From Yoonia sp. (GTDB taxonomy: Bacteria; Pseudomonadota; Alphaproteobacteria; Rhodobacterales; Rhodobacteraceae), in NCBI RefSeq assembly GCF_965660735.1, contig NZ_CBFIBD010000011.1, forward strand, positions 976 to 64,975: 64,000 bases of DNA, written 5' to 3'. Positions 32,057 through 41,537 of the stretch are shown here, piece by piece; the stretch's first letter is position 1, and the number at the start of each line of letters is the position of its first letter. The translations under genes and the position numbers were made by a program. Under the pieces are notes generated by a model. It saw only the letters and a program-made list of their open reading frames with translations. It did not search any database and was not told the DNA's origin.

Positions 32057-32505
32057 CGCTGGATGATCTGGACCGTGCGATCCTGCGGGCGTTGCTGGTG
32101 AACGCGGATCAATCTACCACGCAACTGGGCCAGAAACTGGGGCTGAGCCAGCCCGCCACATGGCGCCGTATCCGCCGGATGCAAGACGCGGGCGTGATTG
32201 CAGGGCGGCGGTTGTTGCTGGACGCGGAAAAGCTGGGGTTCGGCGTCACGGTGTTTCTGGGGATCAAGCTGGCCACAAAAGGCCGCATCAGTCTGGAGGA
32301 TTTCGAACGTGCCGTCGGCGCCATCCCAGAAGTGCAGCGCGTGGAACACATGCTGGGGCTGTATGATTACCGACTGCGCGTGATTGCCCGCGATCTGGCC
32401 GATTTCGAGCGTGTTCTGCGCCGGCGTATCATGACATTGCCCGGGGTCGGCAACGTCGAGGCCAATGTGCTATTATCCGAAGAACGCAGACCGGGGCCGC
32501 TCTGA
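32053..32505 (+). CDS. Lrp/AsnC family transcriptional regulator
   Basis: MTLDDLDRAILRALLVNADQS start; ATGA overlap with the preceding lrp paralogue. Confidence 0.85.
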   Translation: MTLDDLDRAILRALLVNADQSTTQLGQKLGLSQPATWRRIRRMQDAGVIAGRRLLLDAEKLGFGVTVFLGIKLATKGRISLEDFERAVGAIPEVQRVEHMLGLYDYRLRVIARDLADFERVLRRRIMTLPGVGNVEANVLLSEERRPGPL

Positions 32506-32603
32506 CGCCCATCGGAAACATGGCATGCCGCAATCTTGGCAATCTTTGCCGAAATAGGCTTTGATCTGGGGCGAAAACTTGCCTACCTCGGTAGGGAACA
32601 AGG

Positions 32604-33743
32604 ATGGAGAGCGACATGGATGGTATGAAAAATACGGTAGACCCTGACGGTCTGATGGAATTCTCTGTGGTGTTCACCGACCGGTCGCTGAATCATATGT
32701 CACGGGCGTTTCAGGGTGTTATGACCGATATCTCGGCCATGCTGAAAGAGGTGTATCACGCCGATCACGTCGCCCTTGTGCCCGGCGGCGGTACCTACGG
32801 GATGGAGGCCGTGGCGCGCCAGTTCGGTACAGACGCCCATGCCTTTATCGTGCGCAATGGCTGGTTTTCCTATCGCTGGTCCCAGATTTTCGATGCGGGC
32901 CAGTTCACCGCGCAAACCACGGTAATGAAGGCGCGGCAAGCGGGCAATGATACCCGCGCCCCTTTTGCTCCCGCCCCGATCGAAGAGGTCGTGGCGGCCA
33001 TCCATGCCGCCAAACCGGATGTGGTGTTCGCCCCGCATGTGGAAACATCCGCCGGGATCATCCTGCCGGATGATTACCTGACAGCCCTTGCCGATGCCGC
33101 CCATGCGGTCGGTGCGATCATGGTGCTTGATTGTATCGCGTCGGGCTGCGTCTGGGTGGATATGAAGTCGACAGGTGTCGATGTGCTGATTTCCGCCCCG
33201 CAAAAGGGGTGGTCGGCGACACCTTCCGCCGGATTGGTCATGATGTCGCAGCGTGCGGTGGACCGGATGGCGGACACCACGTCGAATTCGTTCACGATGG
33301 ACCTCAAGAAATGGCACGCCATCATGCAAGCCTATGAAAACGGCGGTCACGCCTATCATGCGACAATGCCGACAGACGGGCTGCGGGCGTTCCGCGACAC
33401 GATGGTCGAGACGAAATCTTATGGTTTTGACAAGCTGAAGGAACAGCAATGGGCGCTGGGCAATGCGGTGCGCAAGGTGCTGGCGGACAAGGGCGTGCCA
33501 TCGGTCGCCGCCGAAGGCTTTGGCGCGCCGGGTGTCGTGGTCAGCTATACCGATGACCCAGATATTCAGAACGGGTCGAAATTTGCAGCCGAAGGCATGC
33601 AGATCGCCGCAGGTGTGCCGCTGCAATGCGATGAACCTGCCGATTTCCGCACCTTCCGGCTGGGGCTGTTCGGGTTGGACAAGCTCTATGATGTGGATGG
33701 CACGCTGGCGCGGCTGGTGCCGGTGCTGGACCGCGTGCTTTGA
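32604..33743 (+). CDS. class V (AGXT-type) pyridoxal-phosphate aminotransferase
   Basis: About 375 aa with an SAPQKGW PLP-lysine motif typical of class V aminotransferases. The exact start among the three N-terminal ATGs is uncertain. Confidence 0.75.
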   Translation: MESDMDGMKNTVDPDGLMEFSVVFTDRSLNHMSRAFQGVMTDISAMLKEVYHADHVALVPGGGTYGMEAVARQFGTDAHAFIVRNGWFSYRWSQIFDAGQFTAQTTVMKARQAGNDTRAPFAPAPIEEVVAAIHAAKPDVVFAPHVETSAGIILPDDYLTALADAAHAVGAIMVLDCIASGCVWVDMKSTGVDVLISAPQKGWSATPSAGLVMMSQRAVDRMADTTSNSFTMDLKKWHAIMQAYENGGHAYHATMPTDGLRAFRDTMVETKSYGFDKLKEQQWALGNAVRKVLADKGVPSVAAEGFGAPGVVVSYTDDPDIQNGSKFAAEGMQIAAGVPLQCDEPADFRTFRLGLFGLDKLYDVDGTLARLVPVLDRVL

Positions 33744-34934
33744 CTAACGCGCGCCAAGGCCCATTTGCATAAGCGTGCGGCGCACAGGTGTGACCCCGTG
33801 CAGCGCTGTGATCCCCCGCGCGCGCAGGTCTTGCACCAGCGGGCTGCCCGCGATGGACGCGCGGTTCAGCGCATCTATTCCGGTCACGCGCAACCGAATG
33901 TCAGGATGGCGGCGGCGGGCGTAGCTATCCAGCATTTGCGCGCTGCCGAGCCTGTCGGGTGCCGCCTGCGCCAGTTCCAGCAGGCAATCAAGATCACGTA
34001 GCGACATGTTCAGCCCCTGCGCGCCGATGGGCGGCATCACATGCGCGGCCTCCGCCACCAAGGCGGTGCGCGGGGCGGTGATGGCTTGTGCGATCTGGCT
34101 GATGATCGGCCAGACCATGCGCCGCGATGCCAGCGTCAACAGGCCATAGTGATAGGCGGACCGGGCGCTTGCTGCGGCCTCGAACTCGGCATCGGGCAGG
34201 GTGGCAAGGCGGGCAATTTCCGCGCCGCTGTCCATCCAGACAACCGCTGAACAGGGTTTTCCATGGTGATCTGGCAGCGGCACAAGCGTAAACGGGCCGC
34301 CAGATTGGTGGATTTCGGTCGAAATATTGTCATGCGGTGCGTCGTGGGTCACGGCAAAGGTGACGGCCTTTTGACCATAACGCATTGTTTTCACGTCAAT
34401 CCCGTTTGCTAGACGCACGGGCGAATTGCGCCCGTCGGCCCCGATGACCAGTTTTGCGGCAATCCGGCTGCCATCGCTGAGCGTCACAAGCGCCTCTGCC
34501 GTGCGGGCGACCATGCGGGCGAATCCGGTGCCCGGCCGGAAATCGACATTGGGCAATTCCGCCAGCCGCGCCACCATTTCACGGCGCAACAGCCAATTCG
34601 ACAGGTTCCAGCCGAACGGTTTTTCGGAAATATCGGTTGCGTTGAAATCGCGCACAATCGGCGGTTCGGCGGCCGCATCCACGATGCGCATGACCTGCAA
34701 GGCGGTGGCATGGGGTGCCAGCCTGTCCCACAGGCCCGCCGTGGCCAGAAACTGTTGCGCGGGCTGCAGAAACGCCGTTGTGCGCAGGTCGGCGCCATCC
34801 GCCTCTTGCGCTGTGATTGGCGGGGTTGGGTCCACGATGGTGACGGAAAAACCCGCCGTGCCAAAGGCCGCTGCCGCTGTCAGGCCAGCGACGCCGCCGC
34901 CAGAAATCAGAATATCGGTCGCATAATGTTTCAT
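33744..34934 (-). CDS. UbiH/UbiF/Coq6-family FAD-dependent hydroxylase
   Basis: DILISGGGVAGLTAA dinucleotide-binding start and a later GDAAH-like AEAAHVMPPIGAQG motif. Confidence 0.85.
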   Translation of the reverse strand: MKHYATDILISGGGVAGLTAAAAFGTAGFSVTIVDPTPPITAQEADGADLRTTAFLQPAQQFLATAGLWDRLAPHATALQVMRIVDAAAEPPIVRDFNATDISEKPFGWNLSNWLLRREMVARLAELPNVDFRPGTGFARMVARTAEALVTLSDGSRIAAKLVIGADGRNSPVRLANGIDVKTMRYGQKAVTFAVTHDAPHDNISTEIHQSGGPFTLVPLPDHHGKPCSAVVWMDSGAEIARLATLPDAEFEAAASARSAYHYGLLTLASRRMVWPIISQIAQAITAPRTALVAEAAHVMPPIGAQGLNMSLRDLDCLLELAQAAPDRLGSAQMLDSYARRRHPDIRLRVTGIDALNRASIAGSPLVQDLRARGITALHGVTPVRRTLMQMGLGAR

Positions 34935-35620
34935 TATGCGGAGATAGGCCGCTTGGCATGCGGTGGAAAGCCCGGGCGTGCCACCTGCGACAGAAAGCCT
35001 GTCAGGTCATTGGTGTGGTGGTGGATGTGAACGGCAATATCAGGCTGGGGATGCACATGGACCGTGCGCATGCCCATCATATGCGGCACCGCCAGATTGC
35101 GCGCCTCATCCTCGAACATGGCGGATTTCTGCGGGGCGATCCCGTCTTTGGCGAAAACAGCGCTGAAAGCAGCCTCGGTCGGCTTTGGTTTGAAATCCGC
35201 GTGTTCCACGCCATAAACTGCGTCGAACTGCCGCGTCAGGCCGCGTGCGGCCAGCACCCGTTTGGCATGGTTGTGCGATCCGTTGGTAAACACCACCTTG
35301 CGTCCGGGCAGTGCAGAGAGAGCGCCGGCCAGCCCCGGATCGGGCCTCAGGTGGCTGATGTCTATGTCGTGGACATCGGATAGAAATTCATGCGGATCAA
35401 CGTCATAATCCGCCATGAGCCCGGCCAGTGTGGACCCGTGGCTGCGCCAGTAGTCCCCGCAAAGCTGTATTGCCCGGTCGCCATCCATCCCCGTCAGGCG
35501 CGTCACATAAGCCGAAAATCGTGCATCCATCAACGCAAACAGCCCCGCCGAGGGGTGATAAAGCGTGTTGTCCAGATCAAAGACCCACGTGTCGACATGC
35601 GTGAAATGCGTCGCAACCAT
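34934..35620 (-). CDS. HAD-family pyrimidine 5'-nucleotidase
   Basis: WVFDLDNTLY HAD motif I, FTNGS motif II and a distal FEDE motif. There is a 1-nt overlap with the ubiH-like gene. Confidence 0.75.
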   Translation of the reverse strand: MVATHFTHVDTWVFDLDNTLYHPSAGLFALMDARFSAYVTRLTGMDGDRAIQLCGDYWRSHGSTLAGLMADYDVDPHEFLSDVHDIDISHLRPDPGLAGALSALPGRKVVFTNGSHNHAKRVLAARGLTRQFDAVYGVEHADFKPKPTEAAFSAVFAKDGIAPQKSAMFEDEARNLAVPHMMGMRTVHVHPQPDIAVHIHHHTNDLTGFLSQVARPGFPPHAKRPISA

Positions 35621-35721
35621 GAGGTCAGATTAGGACCGTGAGAAGGTCTGTGCAATCGCTTTGGCTTGATTGCAGGGGCCCTGCGGGCCTATGTTGTCGC
35701 AATTACATAAGGCCAGACCAG

Positions 35722-36375
35722 ATGCATGATCCGCGCACGCCGCACAAAGACGCCTATACCCTGATCCTCGAAGCGATCGACAGCCATATCTACAAACCCG
35801 GTGACCGGCTTGTTGAAAGCGAACTTGCCGAACGGTTCGGTGTATCGCGCACACCCATCCGCGAAGCCTTGCAGCGACTGGAAACCCAATCCCTGCTGAC
35901 CCGTGACGGGCGGTCGCTGATTGTCGCATCGCTTGATCATTCGCAGCTGTCCGAACTTTACGTCGTTCGCGGAGAGCTTGAGGGTCTGGCGGCAAGGCTG
36001 GCTGCACGCCATGCCACCCCCGAAGAGGTCCGTGTGCTGCGCGACATGCTGGAGGATGACAAGAAACTGGTGGGCGACCCGCAAGCGTTGAGCCGGGCGA
36101 ACAGGCGGTTTCACAAGCAGATCCATCTGGCATCGCACAATCGTTATCTGGTGCAGCAGCTGGACCTTGTGCATCGGTCCATGGCATTGCTGGCCACGAC
36201 GTCTCTGGCTGCCGAAGGGCGTACGACAGGCACCTTGGAAGAACACGCGCGCATCGTCGAAGCGATCGAAGCAGGCGATGGCGATGCCGCCTACGCTGCG
36301 CTGCGCGCGCATATTTCCAAGGCTTTCGTCACCCGTCTGAAACTGGATGCAGAAGCAGTAGAGGCGGCAGAGTAG
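35722..36375 (+). CDS. GntR family transcriptional regulator (FCD domain)
   Basis: GDRLVESELAERFGVSRTPIREAL wHTH followed by a helical FCD region. The start is at MHDPRTPH. Confidence 0.85.
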   Translation: MHDPRTPHKDAYTLILEAIDSHIYKPGDRLVESELAERFGVSRTPIREALQRLETQSLLTRDGRSLIVASLDHSQLSELYVVRGELEGLAARLAARHATPEEVRVLRDMLEDDKKLVGDPQALSRANRRFHKQIHLASHNRYLVQQLDLVHRSMALLATTSLAAEGRTTGTLEEHARIVEAIEAGDGDAAYAALRAHISKAFVTRLKLDAEAVEAAE

Positions 36376-38125
36376 CGACATCCGACGTGTTGGCGGGCAA
36401 CAGGATGCCATGCGCCGTCTTGTCCCAGTAGAACGGTTTGGTCGCCAGTTCAAACAGCCCCTTGTAGGCGGCAATGGCAGCCAGCGGGAAATACAGTTGC
36501 AGTGTGACAGCCCATTTGATCAGCCGGGTTTTGCCCGCCTTGCGCAGACCCACGGCCGCCACGGCAAACCCCACGATTTCTGATGTAACAAACAGCCCGG
36601 CGAAAGCCCAGAACGCCCAATCCGGGATGAGTCCTTGCAGCGGGTGTTCAAACCCGAAGGGCAACAGCCAGAATGTCCACAATAGCGGGGCCAGCACGAA
36701 TTGGGACAATGTGCCCATGAACAACAGTTGCAGCCCGAAAAACCGCCAGGCCCCCAGATCACGCCACAACCCCACAGGGTTGCGCATATGCACAGCATAG
36801 GTCATCGCATACCCCTTGAGCCAGCGCGACCGCTGCTTGATCCACGGCCAGGTGCGGCCGTTTGCCTCTTCCTCTGTGACGGTGGGGATCAGGGCAGTGG
36901 TATAGCCGTGCCTTGCCAGCCGCACGCCCAGATCGGCATCTTCGGTAACATTGTGGGCATCCCAACCGCCCAGTGCCATCAGCGCGTCACGCCGGAAAAA
37001 CAGGGTTGTCCCCCCCAGCGGCACCACGAGCCCCATCCGTTGCAGCCCCGGCAGGATGACGCGGAACCAGCCTGCGTATTCCACGGTGAAACAGCGCGTC
37101 AGCCAGTTGGCGTCGGCGTTGTAGTAATCCAATGCCCCTTGCAGGCAAGCCACCTGCGGCCCGCTTGTGGCAAAATGGCGGGCAACAATGTGTAACTGGT
37201 CAGGGGCGGGCGCATCTTCGGCATCCCAGACACCGATGATGCTACCACGTGCGAAATCCAGCGCATAGTTCAGCGCGCGTGGTTTTGTCTTGATCGTTCC
37301 TTCTGGCACGACGATCGCACGAATGTAGCTGGGTAATCTTGTCTGGCTTAACGTCGCGCGGGTCGTCTTGTCGCTGGCTTCCAGCACCAGACAGATATCC
37401 AGCCGGTCGCGTGGATAGTCCATCGCGCGCAACCGCCGCAGTAAATGATCGGCAATGGCTGTTTCTTTATAAAGCGGCACCAGCATTGTAATGACAGGTC
37501 GCTTGAAAGGGGCAGCATTTGGTCGCGCATCTTGCGCGTCACGCTGCCCTATCTGCGCAGCGGCAGCCCTTAACAGCGTATTCAGCGCAAGAACACCCAT
37601 CGCATAGGCCGTGAATACCGCAAGTATCGCGGTCGGGGCCAGCAGAGCGCACAGCAGCAATCCACCGCAGACCAAAATCCACATGAAGAGAGCAGCCCTA
37701 TTATTCCACCCCCGACAGCTTTGGCCCGCAGGCACACGCGTTTCTGCGCGTGTAACCAATTCGCGACGAAAGTGTGCAGTGATATATCGGTCAAGTTGGT
37801 CTTGCGTCGTCATCGCAACCCGCAAGGCGCCAAAGTGGGTCCGCAAATCCTTGCGGTGTCGGGCGAACCTGTCCGGTTCAGTGGTTAGGATGACAGTGGC
37901 CTTCCCCACCTTACGCCATGGCATCAGTCCATTTTGCAAACAGGTCGCAGGCCCGTAACGGGCGACAAGGCGGCGGTCGGGTGGTTGGGCAACCGGGTTG
38001 ACAAGCAGAGTCTGCCGATGCGCCGCAAGCTGTCTGGCCGTCACATATCGGGATATATCATCAGCCCCGATGCAACCGTCGGTCGCCGTATCCAACACCT
38101 GTGCGGTCGCGCCAAAGTTTACCAT
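36329..38125 (-). CDS. membrane-bound processive family-2 glycosyltransferase with N-terminal T2SS-E-N-like domain
   Basis: GT2 motifs (VPLYKE, WDAEDAP, QRSRWLKG = QxxRW), flanking TM helices, and an N-terminal ~120-aa soluble domain. Confidence 0.8.
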   Translation of the reverse strand: MVNFGATAQVLDTATDGCIGADDISRYVTARQLAAHRQTLLVNPVAQPPDRRLVARYGPATCLQNGLMPWRKVGKATVILTTEPDRFARHRKDLRTHFGALRVAMTTQDQLDRYITAHFRRELVTRAETRVPAGQSCRGWNNRAALFMWILVCGGLLLCALLAPTAILAVFTAYAMGVLALNTLLRAAAAQIGQRDAQDARPNAAPFKRPVITMLVPLYKETAIADHLLRRLRAMDYPRDRLDICLVLEASDKTTRATLSQTRLPSYIRAIVVPEGTIKTKPRALNYALDFARGSIIGVWDAEDAPAPDQLHIVARHFATSGPQVACLQGALDYYNADANWLTRCFTVEYAGWFRVILPGLQRMGLVVPLGGTTLFFRRDALMALGGWDAHNVTEDADLGVRLARHGYTTALIPTVTEEEANGRTWPWIKQRSRWLKGYAMTYAVHMRNPVGLWRDLGAWRFFGLQLLFMGTLSQFVLAPLLWTFWLLPFGFEHPLQGLIPDWAFWAFAGLFVTSEIVGFAVAAVGLRKAGKTRLIKWAVTLQLYFPLAAIAAYKGLFELATKPFYWDKTAHGILLPANTSDVATLPPLLLLHPVSDG

Positions 38126-38200
38126 GCCATATCCTGTCTTGCAGGACAGAACATGTCAGCGCGTGGTTAAGGATCAGTTAACCCACAAGAAAAGCGCCGT

Positions 38201-39355
38201 TTACCCCGCGACAAGGGCCCTGTCATCCATTGCCTGCACGAAACGGTCGAACAGGTAATAGCTGTCTTGCGGTCCGGGGCTGGCCTCTGGGTGATACTGC
38301 ACGCTGAAGACCGGCCTGTCGGCCATGCGTATGCCGCAGTTGCTGCCGTCAAACAGGGAAACATGGGTTTCCACGACGCCGGCAGGCAATGTCTGGCTGT
38401 CCACGGTAAACCCATGGTTCATAGAGGTTATTTCAACTTTGCCGGTTTCCATGTCCTTGACGGGGTGGTTCGCGCCGTGGTGGCCGTGGTTCATCTTGAC
38501 GGTCTTGGCCCCCAGCGCCAGGGCAAGCATCTGATGCCCAAGGCAGATACCAAAGACCGGCAGATCGTTGTCCAGAACGCCCTTGATCATCGGCACCGCA
38601 TAGCTGCCGGTTGCCGCTGGGTCACCCGGCCCATTTGACAGGAACACACCGTCAGGGTTCAGTGCCAGCACATCCGCTGCCGTTGCCGTGGCAGGCATGA
38701 CAGTCACGTCACATCCTGCACTGGCAAGGCAGCGCAGGATGTTGCGTTTCGCGCCGAAATCAATGGCGACAACCTTGCGCCGGGGGTTATCCTGAGCCTT
38801 GTAGCCTTCGGGCCAGGCCCACCGCATCTGGTCCCAGTGATAGGATTGCGCGCAGGTCACATCCTTGGCCAGATCCAGCCCGACAAGCCCGGAAAACCCT
38901 CGTGCCTTCTGCACCAGCGCGGCAATGTCAAAATTGCCGTCCGGATCATGCGCCAGCGCCACATGCGGCGCGCCCTGCTGGCGGATCGCGCGGGTCAGGC
39001 GGCGCGTGTCAACGCCGCCCATGCCGATGCGCCCGCGCTTGGCCAGCCATGGGCCCAGCTCTTCGGTCGCGCGCCAGCTTGACGCATGGGTCGGATCCCA
39101 TTTGACGATCATACCCTCGGCTACCGGATCGGCGGTTTCATCGTCTTCGGGGTTCACGCCTGTGTTGCCGATATGGGGAAAGGTAAAGGTCACGACCTGG
39201 CCTGCATAGGACGGGTCGGTCATGATTTCCTGATAGCCGGTCATCGCCGTGTTGAAACACAGCTCGGCGACGGTCTCGCCCGTCGCTCCAAAGCCCATCC
39301 CATAAAAGAGCGTGCCATCCGCAAGCGCCAGGCAGGCTGTCGGTTTCTGCGTCAT
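38201..39355 (-). CDS. carA: carbamoyl-phosphate synthase small (glutaminase) subunit
   Basis: Full CarA similarity, GICLGHQ nucleophile and VQYHPE motif. The start is at MTQKPTACLAL. Confidence 0.95.
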   Translation of the reverse strand: MTQKPTACLALADGTLFYGMGFGATGETVAELCFNTAMTGYQEIMTDPSYAGQVVTFTFPHIGNTGVNPEDDETADPVAEGMIVKWDPTHASSWRATEELGPWLAKRGRIGMGGVDTRRLTRAIRQQGAPHVALAHDPDGNFDIAALVQKARGFSGLVGLDLAKDVTCAQSYHWDQMRWAWPEGYKAQDNPRRKVVAIDFGAKRNILRCLASAGCDVTVMPATATAADVLALNPDGVFLSNGPGDPAATGSYAVPMIKGVLDNDLPVFGICLGHQMLALALGAKTVKMNHGHHGANHPVKDMETGKVEITSMNHGFTVDSQTLPAGVVETHVSLFDGSNCGIRMADRPVFSVQYHPEASPGPQDSYYLFDRFVQAMDDRALVAG

Positions 39356-39527
39356 GCGAACTCTCCTGTTGGTCAAATTGGGCAGGGTTTACGGGGGTGG
39401 GCGCGCAGGGTCAAGGCAGGAATGGCCCCTTGCAAACAAGGGATGACGTAAGGCAAGCCGCGCTTGTCACCGGGGGGGGGCCACAGTAAGATGCGGCTTC
39501 GTCTGACGAACATGAGCAGGAGTTTTC

Positions 39528-39989
39528 ATGGACATGCGTGACCGGGTCAATGCAGCCCTGAAAGATGCAATGAAATCGAAAGAGGTTGATCGTCTGTCGA
39601 CCTTGCGACTGATCAACGCCGCCATCAAGGATCGCGACATCGCACAGCGCGGCACCGCAGACGAGGCAAGCGGCGTGACGGACGACGATGTGCTGGCCAT
39701 CATGGGGCGCATGGTCAAGCAGCGGCTGGAAAGTGCACGTGCCTACGAAGAAGGTGGGCGGCTTGAACTGGCCGAAAAGGAACGTGCGGAAATCAAGGTG
39801 ATCGAAGATTTCCTGCCAAAGCAGCTAAGCAACGAAGAGGTCGAAAAAGCCGTCGACGCCGCCATTGCCGAAGTTGGTGCATCAAGCATCCGGGACATGG
39901 GCAAGGTGATGGCGGCGCTAAAAGCGCGCTACATGGGCCGTATGGATTTCGCCAAGGCCGGGCCATTGGTCAAGGCGCATTTGGGATAG
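39528..39989 (+). CDS. GatB/YqeY domain protein
   Basis: 153 aa with LKDAMKSKE...LSTLRLINAAIKDRDI, the typical YqeY start. Confidence 0.85.
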   Translation: MDMRDRVNAALKDAMKSKEVDRLSTLRLINAAIKDRDIAQRGTADEASGVTDDDVLAIMGRMVKQRLESARAYEEGGRLELAEKERAEIKVIEDFLPKQLSNEEVEKAVDAAIAEVGASSIRDMGKVMAALKARYMGRMDFAKAGPLVKAHLG

Positions 39990-40012
39990 GTCCTTGCCGC
40001 TGCGGGGCAATG

Positions 40013-40519
40013 TCACGGGCCTTGGCGCGCGCCGTCGCGGAGTGAACGCTTCAGTTCATCGTAAAGCGCCAGGCGTTCCTCGGCATCCAGAAATGCGCCG
40101 ATCTCGACCTCTCGGTCGCCGCCGCGCAATGTGATGTAGTTGTCAACTGGTCCCCCCTTTGGGTGCAGATGCACCGTGACCCAATGGCGGTTCGCCTCCC
40201 ATTCCTGTGGGGGGCCTTTGGGGTTGTGGCGTGTCAGATGGGCGGTTGTTTCATCGACGGACAATTCCTCGAGCACCTCGCCGCGCTTGTAGCTGACATT
40301 CAGTGCAGTCCACAGCCCCCACAGCATCAATAGAAAAAACGGCAACAACCCCCATAGCACAGCTGTGCCCAGCACTGTGATCAAGGGAAGCGAGACGATC
40401 ATTGCGGTCGCACCGATGAACAGCACGAAATCACGGCGCAGCAGCGATCGGTAAGGCCATAGGCTTAGTTGCCAATCCGATGTGTCATGTGGCGGGGGTG
40501 GGGTCCATTCGTAGGGCAT
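40013..40519 (-). CDS. DUF2244-like membrane protein (cytochrome oxidase-associated family)
   Basis: Two adjacent TM helices followed by NRHWVTVHL...ITLRGGDREVEIGAFL, as in DUF2244. The start is at MPYEWTPPPP. Confidence 0.7.
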   Translation of the reverse strand: MPYEWTPPPPHDTSDWQLSLWPYRSLLRRDFVLFIGATAMIVSLPLITVLGTAVLWGLLPFFLLMLWGLWTALNVSYKRGEVLEELSVDETTAHLTRHNPKGPPQEWEANRHWVTVHLHPKGGPVDNYITLRGGDREVEIGAFLDAEERLALYDELKRSLRDGARQGP

Positions 40520-40588
40520 CGTTTCACCTTCGTTTGTCGCAAGATGGCCTGCAATGTGCCAGCCTGCCATGCGTGAAACTGTCACTGT

Positions 40589-41452
40589 TCAGCGCCGAAA
40601 ATGGATATTTTGCCATTGATAGCGCGAAAACAAGGGGCGCCACAAAGGGTCTGTAAGTGTGATGAACTGCCGGAAAGGCCGCAGCAATTCGCGTTTTAGC
40701 TTGGCAAGGCCGCGGATCTTTCTTGTCATATCTTTGGCGCGCACACGCCCTGCCTCGAGCCCGGAAACCTCTGCGCCTGCAGGCAGAAACGCGGGACCAT
40801 CCAGCACCACTTGCTGAATACCGACCGAAGGAATGACCTGAAAGGCAGCCAAACCCGGCAGGGCGGCATGCAAGGGATCAAAAAGCACATGGTCGACAGG
40901 CATGACGCACTGTTCGGTCGCGGCCAGAAAGCCAGCGGCGACGTCTTGTGTCAAAAGATAAAATCCGGTGCCAAAACTAGTCGAGCCCAGACTGGCGAGG
41001 ACACGACCATCAGCAAGTGGGATCTGGCGTTTGCTGACCAGAACCCGCTGCTGTGGAACACTTTCCAGTTTGACCAGCGCAATACCTGCGGGAATCCAGG
41101 CAGTGTCAGTCAGATAAGGCCGGATATCGTCTGAAAATGTGAGGTCATCCTCGCAGACACATCCCCATTCATGTGGCCCATCGACAATGTGCTGCCATGC
41201 TCTGCGGTGACTTTGAAAACATCCGACTTCGGGCTTGGACAGGGTGCGAAATCCCGGTCTTGTGGGATTGATCAATCGGCATGCGTCATCGGTCAGCTGC
41301 TGGCCGTCAACCGCCTGAATACGCTGTGCAGTGATACCGATTTTCTGGAACAAGCTTTCCATATGCGCACGCCGGGCCGGGCTGCTATCAAGGTTGATGT
41401 AATAGTGCGATATCGTGACGGCATTGGTTTGCATGTGTGCATGAAGCGGCAT
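40589..41452 (-). CDS. glycosyltransferase family 25 (LPS/LOS beta-1,4-galactosyltransferase-like)
   Basis: YYINLDSSPARRAHM...QAVDG...LSKPEVGCFQSHRRAW pattern typical of GT25. GC is lower than in the neighbouring genes. Confidence 0.75.
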   Translation of the reverse strand: MPLHAHMQTNAVTISHYYINLDSSPARRAHMESLFQKIGITAQRIQAVDGQQLTDDACRLINPTRPGFRTLSKPEVGCFQSHRRAWQHIVDGPHEWGCVCEDDLTFSDDIRPYLTDTAWIPAGIALVKLESVPQQRVLVSKRQIPLADGRVLASLGSTSFGTGFYLLTQDVAAGFLAATEQCVMPVDHVLFDPLHAALPGLAAFQVIPSVGIQQVVLDGPAFLPAGAEVSGLEAGRVRAKDMTRKIRGLAKLKRELLRPFRQFITLTDPLWRPLFSRYQWQNIHFRR

Positions 41453-41478
41453 GGTAATTCGCGGCCTGACCTTGATTT

Positions 41479-41511
41479 AAAAAAAGCCCCGCTCGTCCAG
41501 CGGGGCTTTTT
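41479..41511 (-). terminator. bidirectional rho-independent terminator after ctaD
   Basis: AAAAAAAGCCCCGCTCGTCCAGCGGGGCTTTTT is a perfect 9-bp GC stem flanked by an A-run and a T-run, 27 nt after the ctaD stop. Confidence 0.7.
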
Positions 41512-41537
41512 GACTGTGTAAACATCGCACGTCCGCG

